Origin: an uncultured Chloroflexia bacterium
GTDB taxonomy: Bacteria > Chloroflexota > Limnocylindria > QHBO01
DNA: 64,000 nt
Reading direction: 5' to 3'
Assembly (NCBI GenBank): GCA_963814375.1
Contig: CAWFCQ010000008.1
Location: 416,001 to 480,000, forward strand
The stretch's first letter is position 1; the number at the start of each line of letters is the position of its first letter. The position numbers and the translations under genes are program-made. The notes beneath the pieces were generated by a model, which was not told the DNA's origin, did no database searches, and saw only the letters and a list, made by a program, of their open reading frames with translations. This document shows positions 1 through 11,998 of the stretch, in pieces.

Positions 1-1
1 G

Positions 2-394
2 GCAACCGCACTCATCTTCCCGATCGACTGGGCCGAGCCATTCGGCCTGGTCATGATCGAGTCGATGGCGTGCGCCACGCCGGTGGTCGCCTATCGGTCC
101 GGATCCGTGCCCGAGGTCGTGGACGAAGGCGTGACCGGCTTCATCGTCGACGACATCGAGGGCGCCGCCGCGGCCGTCGGCCGGCTCGATGAGATCGATC
201 GTTCTCGGTGCCGCGCGACCTTCGAGCGCCGATTCAGCGTCGAGCGCATGGCGCGCGACTACGTCGCGGCGTACGAGCGGCTCGGCGCAGGCGTCGCTTC
301 GCGCGCCGATGCGCCTCACGTCGACGGGCCAGCGCCCTCGGCGTGGTGCAGATCCCACCCGAGAGGAGACCGCCACCGCGGGCGTGTAGTCTGA
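2..394 (+). CDS. Glycosyltransferase family 4, C-terminal part (5' truncated by window)
   Basis: FPIDWAEPFGLVMIESMACATPVVAY...GSVPEVV GT4 signature. Confidence 0.9.
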   Translation, partial: ATALIFPIDWAEPFGLVMIESMACATPVVAYRSGSVPEVVDEGVTGFIVDDIEGAAAAVGRLDEIDRSRCRATFERRFSVERMARDYVAAYERLGAGVASRADAPHVDGPAPSAWCRSHPRGDRHRGRVV

Positions 395-422
395 CCCCTT
401 CTGAACGCAGCTGCGGAGGGGC

Positions 423-2003
423 ATGGAGATAGCCGCGGGCGACCGTCCCGTGATGTCGAGCGCAGAGCGCATCCGGCGGCCGGGCTGGCACCGGGCCGCC
501 GACGTGAGCCTGCTGCTCCTCGTCGTCGTCCTTACGGCGTTCACGACCGTCATCCTCGTCGTGCCTGCTGTGGTGCCGGCCGTCGTGAACGAGCAGCTCG
601 AAGTGACGATCGTCACGGCGTCTTTTCTCGTGTCACTGGCCGTGGCTGCGGTGGCCTGGGGAAGGGGTCGCGTCGCCCACGACTCGTCCGCGGTTCTGCG
701 CGGATCGGCCTTCGGGGTCCTGGCCCTCCTCAACGGCGCGGCGCTCACGGTCGCCCTCGTCGGCGCGGAGGCCTTCGTCGGTACATCTCTCGACGATCCG
801 GGGCAGTTCCCACTCGTGGCGGCCGTCGCTGGGCGCGGCATGGCGGCCGGTCTGCTCGTCCTTGCCGGTTATGCCGCCGTCAGCCGTCGCATGCCGCTGG
901 TGCGGCCGGTCGCCGTCCTCCTGGTCCCGCTCATCGCCATGAGCCTCATCCTGGTTCTGGGCTTCTTCGCCCAGGACCGATTGCCGGAGCTGGCACCACC
1001 GGCGGCGATGGAGGCTCTGGCGACGAATCCGACGATGCAGCTGCCACCCGGTTCGGCGCCCATCCTCGTGCTGGCCCAATTCTTCATCGGCACCCTCTTC
1101 CTGGCGGCGGCCGTCCTGGCGCATCGGTCGTTCCGGCGGAGCGGGCGCGGCGGCGACATGCTGCTCGCAGCGGGACTGCTGATCGCCGCCTTCAGCCAGG
1201 TCCACGGCGCGCTCCATCCAGGGGGCTACGCATCGGTCGTGACCAGCGGCGACCTGTTGCGGTTGGCCTCGTACGCCGTCCTCCTCGTCGGCGTTGTGGC
1301 CGAGAGCCGCGATGACCTAGCCGACCTGCGCGCGGCGACGATCGAGGTGAGGCGCCTGGCCGATGCCGAGGTGGCAGCAGCGGCGCTCGAGGAGCGCGCA
1401 CGCCTGGCCCGTGAGATCCACGATGGTCTGGCGCAGGACCTGTGGTACGCGAAGCTCAAGCAGAGCCGCTTGGCGCAGACCGCCCCGCTCGACGACGCGG
1501 GGCGGCGGCTAAGCGACGAGGTGGCCGGCGCGCTCGACAACGCGCTGGCCGAGGCCCGCAGTGCCGTCGCCGCCATGCGTCGGAATGGTGAGACCGGACC
1601 GCTGATCGACCTGCTGACCCGCCTCGTCGACGATTTCGCCGACCGGTTCGCGCTGCGCGCGGAGCTCACGAGCAGTGGCCCGGAGCCCCAGCTGGAGCCG
1701 AAGGCCCAGGCCGAGGTTCTCCGGATCGTGCAGGAGGCGCTGACCAACGCGCGTAAGCACGCCGACGCCACCGTCGTCCGGGTCGCGCTCGAAAGCGGCG
1801 AGGAGCTGCGGATCACGGTCAGCGACAACGGCCGTGGCTTCCGCACGGAGATGGCGGTCGCCGGCTTTGGGCTCGAAAGCATGCGGCAGCGGGCCGCACT
1901 CATCGGGGCCACGCTGGCCATCAACTCTCAGCCGCAGGACGGCACGCGCGTCGTGCTGTCGATGCCGCTCAACCACGCCGGGGTGACTGATGACAGCCGA
2001 TGA
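423..2003 (+). CDS. Multi-TM sensor histidine kinase (HisKA_3/NarX-type)
   Basis: Many hydrophobic helices; ERARLAREIHDGLAQ H-box; QEALTNARKH, DNGRGF, GFGL HATPase motifs. Confidence 0.92.
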   Translation: MEIAAGDRPVMSSAERIRRPGWHRAADVSLLLLVVVLTAFTTVILVVPAVVPAVVNEQLEVTIVTASFLVSLAVAAVAWGRGRVAHDSSAVLRGSAFGVLALLNGAALTVALVGAEAFVGTSLDDPGQFPLVAAVAGRGMAAGLLVLAGYAAVSRRMPLVRPVAVLLVPLIAMSLILVLGFFAQDRLPELAPPAAMEALATNPTMQLPPGSAPILVLAQFFIGTLFLAAAVLAHRSFRRSGRGGDMLLAAGLLIAAFSQVHGALHPGGYASVVTSGDLLRLASYAVLLVGVVAESRDDLADLRAATIEVRRLADAEVAAAALEERARLAREIHDGLAQDLWYAKLKQSRLAQTAPLDDAGRRLSDEVAGALDNALAEARSAVAAMRRNGETGPLIDLLTRLVDDFADRFALRAELTSSGPEPQLEPKAQAEVLRIVQEALTNARKHADATVVRVALESGEELRITVSDNGRGFRTEMAVAGFGLESMRQRAALIGATLAINSQPQDGTRVVLSMPLNHAGVTDDSR

Positions 2004-2644
2004 GCCGATGCGCGTTATGCTCGTCGACGACCACGCGCTCGTCCGCTCCGCCATCCGGCAGGCGCTGGAGGGCGATGACCTGCATATCGTCGGCGAGGCC
2101 GCCACCGCGGAGGAGGCGATCGCGCTTGCACCAACGCTGCGACCCGACCTGCTCCTTCTCGACATCGACATGCCCGGCATGAGTGGGATCGAGGCGGTTC
2201 GCGAGCTCGCGCCGCGGCTGCCCGAGACACGGATCGTGATGCTGACGGTGTCGACGGATCGCCGCGACCTGATCGACGCGATCCGACACGGCGCGTCCGG
2301 CTACCTCACCAAGGACCTCACCGGCGAGGCGCTGCTGCGGGCCGTGCGCGGCATCCAGCGCGGCGACCTGCCGATGTCGCGCGCCCACGCGGCCCAGGTG
2401 GTCGAGCACCTGCAGCGGACGAGCCGCTCGGGCTCGGCCGAGGATGGCGACATCTGCCGCCCGGCTCAGCAGCCGCGAGTACGAGGTCCTGCGCCTGCTC
2501 GCTGATGGAATGACGGATCGAGAGATCGCGACCGGCCTCGCGATCTCACCGCGGACGGTCGAGAGCCACGTCGGCAGCGTGCTGCGCAAGCTCGGCGTTC
2601 GGAATCGGGCGGAGGCGGCGCAGCGGTACCGCCAGGGATCGTGA
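1990..2644 (+). CDS. NarL/LuxR-family response regulator (frameshift near 2455)
   Basis: REC domain (LVDDH, LLDIDMP, YLTK) in 1990..2505; LuxR HTH (LSSREYEVL...SPRTVESHV) in 2444..2644. Confidence 0.9.
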
Positions 2645-2651
2645 CCGAGCG

Positions 2652-3113
2652 CTAGCTCCGGCCGAGTGCTCTCCGGATCCGACCGAGGAGGCCCTTCGGC
2701 GAATCGTGCTTGAGGACTCGCCGCCAGGCCATCTCCTGGCCGACGGCCGCCTCGATGCCGCGGCGCGTGTCGGTCGGCTGGATGGGAATCGCGATCCGCT
2801 CACCCGCCTGCCAGCGCTCGCGGTCGGCCGTTGCGATCTCGAATGCCTCCTGGGCAATCGCGAGCGATGCCATGTCCGCCGGGCGTCCGCTGCCTGCGGC
2901 TCGCATGGCCGCCGTCCACGCGTCGCGCGCCGCGACGTAGCGTTCCTCGGCTTCCTGAAGGGAGTGTGGGCCGGCCAGGTGCTGCGCCAGGGCGGATCGG
3001 CCATTGCCGTTCTCCGCTACCGGCGTGCGCCTGACGATGGGCGTCTGGCTCGGGACGACGTCCTCGACGTCCTCGAGGTCGTTAGCCGATGAGGTCACTG
3101 GACGATTCATCAC
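2652..3113 (-). CDS. Hypothetical helical protein
   Basis: 153-aa ORF with normal composition, overlapping the stop of the upstream gene. Confidence 0.65.
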   Translation of the reverse strand: MMNRPVTSSANDLEDVEDVVPSQTPIVRRTPVAENGNGRSALAQHLAGPHSLQEAEERYVAARDAWTAAMRAAGSGRPADMASLAIAQEAFEIATADRERWQAGERIAIPIQPTDTRRGIEAAVGQEMAWRRVLKHDSPKGLLGRIRRALGRS

Positions 3114-3598
3114 TGCCGCATCCCCCGTGTCGCCTCCGCGATCTCTGCGCGCAGAACGCGCGGGCGATCGAGGTTCAGACTGATGCCTTCACCCTCGCGG
3201 AGAGAGAGCAGCAGAAGCTCCCCGGCGAGGGATGTCTCTTCGATATCGGTCAACTGCACATTCACGACCACCTGTCCCAAATGGACGAGCCTTCGCGAAG
3301 TGAGGTACAGGGTTCCTCCGTACCCGAGCGCTCGGTCGCCACCGGGTACGCTCAGGATCGCACGTGGGCGCAAGGAATGCACGCGTTCGTCGGGAACAAG
3401 GTGGGGGCCGATCGCCTCGTCGGCGTCGATGGCGGGAAGGCCATACGTGGCGAGACGGACGCGAGTGGCCCCCGCCTCCGTCTCATCGGCCGCAGCGCGC
3501 TCGGTCGCTGCAATCGCATCTCGTAGAGCGGGACCTTCCTCCGTAGGAGCTTCGACCGCTGGGGTCGGGTCCCCCCGGTCTCGCTCTACAAGATGCAC
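3110..3598 (-). CDS. Hypothetical protein, possible PH-like fold
   Basis: GGTLYLTSRRLVH...VQLTDIEE pattern resembles bacterial PH/GRAM domains. Confidence 0.6.
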   Translation of the reverse strand: MHLVERDRGDPTPAVEAPTEEGPALRDAIAATERAAADETEAGATRVRLATYGLPAIDADEAIGPHLVPDERVHSLRPRAILSVPGGDRALGYGGTLYLTSRRLVHLGQVVVNVQLTDIEETSLAGELLLLSLREGEGISLNLDRPRVLRAEIAEATRGMRQ

Positions 3599-3656
3599 CT
3601 TCAGACGTTATCGGCGAACCCATGGGTGGCGCATCCGGAGAACTACGGAAGGCTCC

Positions 3657-3737
3657 TACGGAGTCCCGGCTCCGTACCCGCAGATCCCGTTGCGTAGTCG
3701 CACCGTCCTGCTCGCGTTACGGAGGCGGCGTTCCGTA
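3657..3737. promoter_or_regulatory. Two TACGGA-N8-TCCGTA palindromic boxes in divergent promoter region
   Basis: tacggagtcccggctccgta at 3657-3676 and tacggaggcggcgttccgta at 3718-3737, plus extra half-sites. Confidence 0.6.
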
Positions 3738-3859
3738 CCGGGGTCAGTAGCTCCACGGATGTTGCGATCGAGGCCCCACCCCCAGAGTGCGCAGTGCACT
3801 CATCCGTGCCTTCGGGATTCCGTGCCCGAATCCTGGTCAGAGGGGAATTAGAGGGAAAC

Positions 3860-6800
3860 ATGTCGTCATCGCGTGCCCCCCGGCGCGCCGGACGGACCGC
3901 GCTGGTCCTGCTCCAGCTGCTGGTCTTCGTCGGCTACATCCTCGGCCCCACTGCCACCTTGGCGGAGGACCCGCTTCCCGAGCCGACTCCCGCCGAGTCA
4001 ACCGCTCCCGCCGAGTCAACCGCTCCCGAAGAGACTCCCGTCCTCGAGCCGAGCCAGGCACCAGAGCCCCCTCAGGCGCCCGATCCCTCGGCGGCGCCAT
4101 CGGTCGAGCCCAATCCGACGGCCACCCCCGATCCCGAACCGTCGAGTTTCGTGCCCGGTACCGAGCCGTACCTGATCACCTTCGCCGCAGGAACCTCGGA
4201 CGCACGCCAGATCGAGATTCTCGAAGCCGCGGGCGTCACCGATGGCGCTGCGATCCCTCAGCTGCGCATGCGGTCGATCCTGCTCCACGCCGATTCCGAG
4301 ACCGATGAGCTGGCTGCCCTTCGCGCCCTCGCTGAGGTGCTGCGCGTCGATGCCGATCGCATCCGCGCCGTCGAGGCCGAGCCCTCGGATACCTCGTACC
4401 CCGACCAGTGGTCACTGCCGCACATCGGCTGGGACCAGCTCCATGGCTCCGCTGCCATCGCCGGGACCGCGACCGTCGCGATTCTCGACACCGGTGTCGA
4501 CGGAAGCCATCCGGACCTCGACGGCGTCCTGCTGCCCGGCGCCTCGGTTCTGGATGGATCTGACGGATGGACCGATCCGAACGGCCACGGCACCTGGATG
4601 GCCGGCATCGTCGCCGCCGAGACCGATAACGGGCTCGGCGTGGCCGGAACCGCCTACGCAGGTGTCTCGATCCTGCCGGTGACCGTCCTCGGCGCCGATG
4701 GGACCGGCCAGGACAGCGACATCATCGCGGGCGTCGTGCATGCCGCCGATGCTGGCGCCGACGTCATCCTCATGGCCTTCAGCAACCCCGGCTACTCGGC
4801 CGCCCTCCAGGCCGCCGTCGACTACGCATGGGCGCTCCGGCGCCGTCCTCGTCGCCGCCACCGGCAACGACGGCTCGGCCGCCGCGACCTTCCCGGCCGG
4901 CGATCGCGGCGTCATCGGCGTCGCCTCGACCGATGCCGCCGACGCAGCTCGCCGCCTCATCAAATCATGGCGCCGCCGCCTTCATGGCCGCTCCTGGTGT
5001 CTCAATCGTCACCACGGGCGCCGGCGGCGGCGTCGCCACCATCTCCGGCACGTCGGCGGCCGCTGCCTCGGTCGCCGGCGCTGCCGCCCTCCTCAAGGCG
5101 AACGAGTCGTTCCTGACCGAACGGCGTGATCGTCGGTCGCCTCGCGCGCAACGCCGACCCGGCGGGCGATCCCGCCGACACCGGCAACGGCCGCCTCAAC
5201 CTCCTCCGCGCCATGATCGATGCCTCGACTGATGCGGTCCAGCCCGCCGGTGCCGCCCCGGTCGGCGATGGCGGCCCGTTCGTTGGGCGGTACGTAGCGG
5301 CGAACGTGAGTCGAGCTGTCGGCGTTCCCTGCAACAACGGTTCCTACACGACGACGAACTACAACGCTGGTGATCTACCGCCGGGATCTGTGGGACCGCC
5401 GCCTGGAGAGCAATGACCGCGGGCAGTCGCCGTGAGCATCAAGCGGCTCAGCGACAACCTGTACTGGGATGGCTTGGCGTTCGCAGGCCACTGAAGTCTT
5501 CGTTACGGCGACCTGCGCATCACGAGTTCACGGGCTGTGGCCCGGACAACAACAACTCGGCCCCGTGAACTGGACCTATGCCTTGCTGCGCCCGCAGCGG
5601 GTCGTACGAGGTGCGGGCTCGCGCCAGCGATAGCGACGAGACCCAGTTCTCGCCACGAACACATTCTCGATCGACGACACCGCGCCGACCGTGAACCTCG
5701 CCGCGACGACCGCGAGCCCGACGAACTCGACGAGCCTGACCTTCACCCTGACCGGCAACGAGAACCTCGACTGCACCACGCTGTCGACCACCAACGGTGC
5801 GGATTTCACGTTCGGCAACATCAGCTCCATCGGATCGATCACCGGCACGGGCACGCCCATCTGCACCATCACGGCGACCTCCTCGATCGCCGCCGGCGCG
5901 ACCGGCACGAGCAGCCTGACGGAGGCGGCTCGTTCTCGGTCAGCGACACCGCCGGGAACACCCAGGCCAACATCTCCGCCGGGTCACCGGCCTCGGTCAT
6001 CGTCGACCGCCAGGCGCCGACCGTGACCCTCGCCGCGACGACCGCGAGCCCGACGAACTCGACGAGCCTGACCTTCACCCTCACGGGCAACGAGAACCTC
6101 AACTGCGCCACGCTGTCGACCGGCCAACGGGGTTGACTTCACGTTCGGCAACATCAGCTCCATCGGATCGATCACCGGCACCGGCACGCCCATCTGCACC
6201 ATCACGGCGACCGTCCTCGATTGCCGCCGGCGCGACCGGCACGAGCAGCCTGACCGAGGACGGAGGCTTCTCGGTCAGCGACACCGCCGGTAACACCCAG
6301 GCCAACATCTCGGCCGGGTCGCCGGCTCGGTGGTCGTCGACCGCCAGGCGCCGACCGTAGCGATCAACCAGGCGCCAGGTCAGGCCGATCCGACGCACAC
6401 ATCCCCCATCAACTTCCGCGTCGTGTTCAGCGAAGCGGTCGTCGGGTTCGCGACGGGCGACGTGATGATTGGCGGAACGGCTTCTGGCACCAAGATTGGG
6501 ACCGTCACAGGTCGGGCACTACGTACACCGTCGCCGTGACCGGGATGACGACCTCCGGCACGGTCACGGCGTCCATCACCGCCGGTGTTGCCACGGATGC
6601 CGCTGGCAACAACAATGCGGCCTCGACCAGCATCGACAACACAGTGACGTGGGTGAATCAAGGGCCGGTCGTGACGCTCTCGGCGGGGAACAACCTCGCC
6701 GCCAACGAGGGCTCGCAGCATTCGTTTGGCTTCACGGTCACCGATGGCGACGTCGGTGACACCTTCACGGTCGTTGCAGTCGGCTGCGGCGCAAACGGCA

Positions 6801-9800
6801 CCCAGGTCGGGGTCACGACGACCACGCCGACGAGCGGCAGCTTCGTCTGTTCGTTCCCGGATGGGCCGGCCTCGAGCACGGTCCAGGTCCAGGTCCAGGA
6901 CCAGCACGCTGCTCCGAGCAATACCGCCAGTCAGACGGTGACCATCGCCAACGTGGCGCCCACCGTCACCCTGAACGGCCTGACCCCGGTCAACGAGGGC
7001 ACTCAGCACACCTACAGCTTCAGCACCACTGACCCAGGTGCCGACACCTTCACCCTGCTGGCGACCGACTGCGGCGCCAACGGCAGCCAGGTCGGACTCG
7101 ACACCTTCAACACCGCCAACGGCGCCGGCAGCTTCGTGTGCAGCTTCCCGGATGGTCCCGCCAGCTCGACCGTCAGCGTCACGGTCAACGACTCCGACCT
7201 GGCCTCCGACTCCGACACCCAGGCCGTCACGGTCAACAACGTGAAGCCCAGCATCAGCCTGAGCGGTGACGCCACGGCCGACGAGGGCAGCACCCACACC
7301 TACAGCTACACCGTCACCGACCCGGGCATCGACACCCACACCATCACCACCGCCTGCGGTCTCAACGGTGCCAAGGTCAGCGGCTCCGACACCTACAACG
7401 CCCTCACCGGCCTCGGCAGCTTCGAGTGCTTCTTCGCCGACGGCCCGGCCTCGACCAACGTGACCGCCACCGTCACCGACTCCGACGGCACCTCCGACAC
7501 CGACAACCAGTTCGTGCTGGTCACCATCAGCAACGTGGCCCCGGTGGTCACCCTCGCCGCCGGCAACGACCTCTCGGTCAACGAGGGCACCACCCACACC
7601 TACAGCTTCAGCACCACCGACCCGGGCAGCGATACCTTCGCGCTGCTGTCGACCGACTGCGGCGCCAACGGCAGCCAGGTCGGACCCGACACCTTCAACA
7701 CCGCCACCGGCGCCGGCAGCTTCGTGTGCACCTTCCCCGACGGCCCGGCCTCGAGCACCGTCAGCGTCCAGGTCGAGGACTCCGACGGCGCCGACAGCAA
7801 CACCGCCACCCAGACGGTGACCATCGCCAACGTCGCGCCGACGGTGACGTCACCGCCGGCGCCGTGACCGCCAACGAGGGCCAGACCGACATCTACACCT
7901 TCACCGTCAGCGATCCGGGTGACGACACCTTCACCGTGGTCGACACCGACTGCGGCGCCAACGGCACCCAGGTCGGCCGACACCTTCGACCGACCACCGG
8001 GGCGGGCAGCTTCGAGTGCACCTTCCCCGACGGCCCGGCCACCTCGACCGTCAGCGTCACCGTCAACGACTCGGACGGCGCGCCCGACTCGGCGACACGC
8101 CTGGTGGTCACCGTCGCCAACGTAGCCCCGGTCGTCACCTGTCCGGCGCCGCGACCCGCGTCGACGAGGGCACACACCAGACCTACACCTTCACCGTCAC
8201 CGATCCGGGCGACGACACCTTCACCGTCGATCGACACCGACTGCGGCGCCAACGGCACCGAGGTCGGCACGACACGTTCACACCGCCACCGGCGCCGGCA
8301 GCTTCGAGTGCACCTTCCCCGACGGCCCGGCCACCACACCGTCACGGTCACGGTCACCGACTCGGACGGCGCCGTCCCGACACGGACAGCCAGCGCCGGT
8401 GACCATCGCCAACGTGGCGCCGACCGTCACCCTGACCGGCGCCGACCCCGGTCAACGAGGGCACGCAGCCACACCTACAGCTTCACCACCAGCGACCCGG
8501 GTGCCGACACCTTCACCCTGCGATGGCGACCGACTGCGGCGCCAACGGCATCCAGGTCGGCACCGACACCTTCAACACCGCCACCGGCGCCGGCAGCTTC
8601 GACTGCAGCTTCCCGGACGGCCCGCCAGCTCGACCGTCGGCGTCACCGTCAGCGACTCCGACGGCGCCTCCGACACCGACACGCCTGGCCGTCACGGTCA
8701 ACAACGTGAAGCCCAGCGTCACCCTGAGCGGCGACGCCACGGCCGACGAGGGCAGCACCCACACCTACAGCTTCACCGTCACCGATCCGGGCCGACACCC
8801 ACACCATCACCACCGCCTGCGGTGCCAACGGGCCAAGGTCGGCGGCTCCGACACCTACGACGCCGTCACCGGCCTCGGCAGCTTCGAGTGCTTCTTCGCC
8901 GACGGCCCGGCCTTCGACCAACGTGACCGCCACCGTCACCGACTCCGACGGCGCCACCGACACCGACAACCAGATCGTGCTGGTCACCATCAGCAACGTG
9001 GCCCCGATCGTCACCCTCTCCGCCGGCAACGACCTCTCGGTCAACGAGGGCACCACCCACACCTACAGCTTCACCACCAGCGACCCGGGCGCGACACCTT
9101 CGCCCTGCTGTCGACCGACTGCGGCGCCAACGGCAGCCAGGTCGGACCGGCACCTTCAACACCGCCACCGGCGCCGGCAGCTTCGACTGCTCCTTCCCCG
9201 ACGGCCCGGCCTCGAGCAGCGTCAGCGTCCAGGTCGAGGACTCCGACGGCGCCGACAGCAACACCGCCACCCAGACGGTGACGATCGCCAACGTCGCGCC
9301 GACGGTGACGTCACCGCCGGCGCCGGCCAACGAGGGTCAGACCAGCACACCTACACCTTCACCACCAGCGATCCGGGTGCCGACACCTTCAGCCTCGGAC
9401 ACCGACTGCGGCGCCAACGGCACCAGGTCGGGGGCCGACACCTTCGACCCGACCGCCGGCGCCGGCAGCTTCGACTGCACCTTCCCCGACGGCCCCGCCA
9501 CCTCGACCGCAGCGTGACGGTCAGCGACTCCGACGGCGCGCCCCGACACCGACACGCCGCGCGGTGACCATCGCCAACGTGGCGCCGACCGTCACCCTGT
9601 CGCGCAACGACCTGACCACGGTCAACGAGGGCACCCAGCACACCTACAGCTTCAGCACCACCGACCCGGGCGCCGACACCTTCGCCCTGCTGGCGACCGA
9701 CTGCGGCGCCAACGGCAGCCAGGTCGGACGCCGACACCTTCAACACCGCCACCGGGGCGGGCAGCTTCGAGTGCAGCTTCTCGACGGCCCCGCCGAGCTC

Positions 9801-11978
9801 GACCGTCAGCGTCACCGTCAGCGACGCCGACGGCGCCCGCGACACCGACACCCTCGCCGTCACGGTCAACAACGTGACGCCCAGCGTCAGTCCTGAGCGG
9901 TGACGCCACGGTCGACGAGGGCAGCACCCACACCTACAGCTTCACCGTCACCGATCCGGGCGTCGACACCCTCGCCATCACCACCGCCTGCGGCTCAACG
10001 GCGCCAAGGTCGCGGCTCCGACACGTACAACGCCCGTCACCGGCGCCGGCAGCTTCGACTGCTTCTTCGCCGACGGCCCGACTCGACCACCGTGACCGCC
10101 ACCGTCAACGACTCCGACGGCGCCGCCGACACCGACACCCAGATCGTGCGGTCACCATCAGCAACGTGGCCCCGGACGGTCACCCTGTCAGCCGGCAACG
10201 ACCTGACGGTCAACGAGGGCACGACCCACACCTACAGCTTCACCACCACCGACCCGGGCAGCGACACCTTCGCGCTGCTGTCGACCGACTGCGGCGCCAA
10301 CGGCAGCCAGGTCGGACCCGACACGCTTCAACACCGCCACCGGCGCCGGCAGCTTCGTGTGCTCTCTTCCCCGACGGCCCGGCCTCGAGCATCGTCAGCG
10401 TCCAGGTCGAGGACTCCGACGGCGCCGACAGCAACACCGCCACCCAGACGGTGACCATCGCCAACGTCGACGCCGACGGTGACGATCACCGCCGGCGCCG
10501 TGACCGCCAACGAGGGCCAGACCGAGGTCTACACCTACACCGTCAGCGATCCGGGTGACGACACCCTGACCGTGGTCGAGAGCTGCGGCGCCAACGGCAC
10601 CTACGCCGCCGACGCCCTCGCCAACAGCTTCGAGTGCACCTTCCCCGATGGCCCCGCCACCTCGACCGTCAAGGTCACCGCCAACGACGAGGATGCGGGT
10701 CCCGCCTCGGAGGACACGCGCCTGGTGACCATCGCCAACGTGGCGCCGACGGTCGACCCTGAACGGTGCCGACACGCCAACGAGGGCGACACGAAGGTCT
10801 ACACCTACACCGTCACCGACCCAGGTGATGACGCCGCCACGACCGTGGTCGAGAGCTGCGGCGCCAACGGCACGCGCACCGACACGGCGACCGCCAACCA
10901 CTTCACCTGCACCTTCCCGGATGGTCCGGCCAACTCGCTGGTCAAGGTCACCGCCGACGACGGCGACCCGACCGACAACATCGGCTCCGACGAGATCGAC
11001 GTGACCATCGCTAACGTGGCGCCCACGGTCACCTTCGTGGCGCCGCTCACGACTTCGGCGACTGAAGGACAATCAAAGACCTTCACATTCAGCGTGTCGG
11101 ACCCCGGTCTCGACGCGTTTGCCAATCTCACTGGCTTCCCCGACTGCGGAAGCGGCAACCTGCTCGTTACTGGGTCCTACATGCCGACGAGCAGCGGCGG
11201 CACGTTCCAGTGCACGTTCGCCGATGGTCCATCCACGTCGACGGTTCGGATGCGCGTCAAGGATACCGACGGCGAGTACAGCAACATTGCCTCGCAGTCA
11301 GTGACCGTGGGTAACGCCAAGCCGGCGCTGTCGAGCCCGGTATTCACCTACAACCCTTATACCGGAAGCGCCTCAGCCCGGATCGACTTCTCAGATCCCG
11401 GCTGGCCCGATACGCACTCGGCGGTCTTCAATTGGGCTGGCTCGACCGATGCGGGCACGTCCTCACTCATCGAGCACGCTCCGGCGGACGCGACAGGACG
11501 CTTCTCGTCGAGTCACGAATTCGGCCCTGGCTGCATCACTGGAGCGGTCACTGTGGCGGTGACGGACGATGACGGTGGGTCAGCTACCTACACGTTCGCC
11601 CCAACGGGCACGCTTGCACGCTATTCGGCGGTCTGGCAGGCGCCTGTCAAAGACGGCATGCGCAACGTAGTGAAGCAAGGGAACGTGATTCCGCTGAAGA
11701 TCCGGATCACGGACTGCCTCGGTAACTCGGTCATCGGCAAGACGCTGACCGTGGGAGTCACACAAGGCGTCGTCTACGCTGAGGACATCAACGACGGAAC
11801 AGCGATTTTGCCGACTGAATCGGTTGGGTCGCACGCCGACGGCATCATGCGGTACCTCGACAGCCACTACATGTACAACCTGGCGACCAAGCCGCTGAAG
11901 GTTGGCCTGCCGTACACGATCGTGATCCGCGACGGCTCGCAGATCGTCACGACCGCGGTGATTGAGCCCAAGAAGTAG
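3860..11978 (+). CDS. Giant secreted S8 subtilase with Ig-like and PKD-like repeats and C-terminal PxKF-type domain (multiply frameshifted, probably one gene)
   Basis: RBS gaggg; signal peptide; Pro-rich linker; ILDTG / HGTWMAG / GTSAAA triad; continuous Ig-like coding across frames; C-terminal WQAPVKDG...GNVIPLKIRITD. Confidence 0.8.
3987..4028 (+). repeat. 18-bp coding tandem repeat (PAESTA) x2.3
   Basis: ctcccgccgagtcaaccg twice, then ctcccg. Confidence 0.9.
5682..6347 (+). repeat. Tandem duplication of ~332-bp Ig-like domain
   Basis: Two near-identical copies encoding APTV.LAATTASPTNSTSLTFTLTGNENL.C... Confidence 0.9.
6655..11310 (+). repeat. Array of 16 ~290-bp PKD-like domain repeats, each with a Cys pair
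   Basis: Recurring NVAPTV...NEG...YSF..TDPG.DTF....CGANG...GSF.C.FPDGP unit. Confidence 0.9.
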
Positions 11979-11998
11979 CTCGCAAGGCGCCGCCAATC

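Noticed and set aside
6655-11310. Repeat array as CRISPR or satellite DNA
   Set aside because: Units are ~290-bp protein-coding domains; no short identical repeats with unique spacers and no cas genes.
10479-11978. Diversity-generating retroelement acting on the adhesin tip
   Set aside because: No reverse transcriptase and no template/variable repeat pair differing at adenines was seen.
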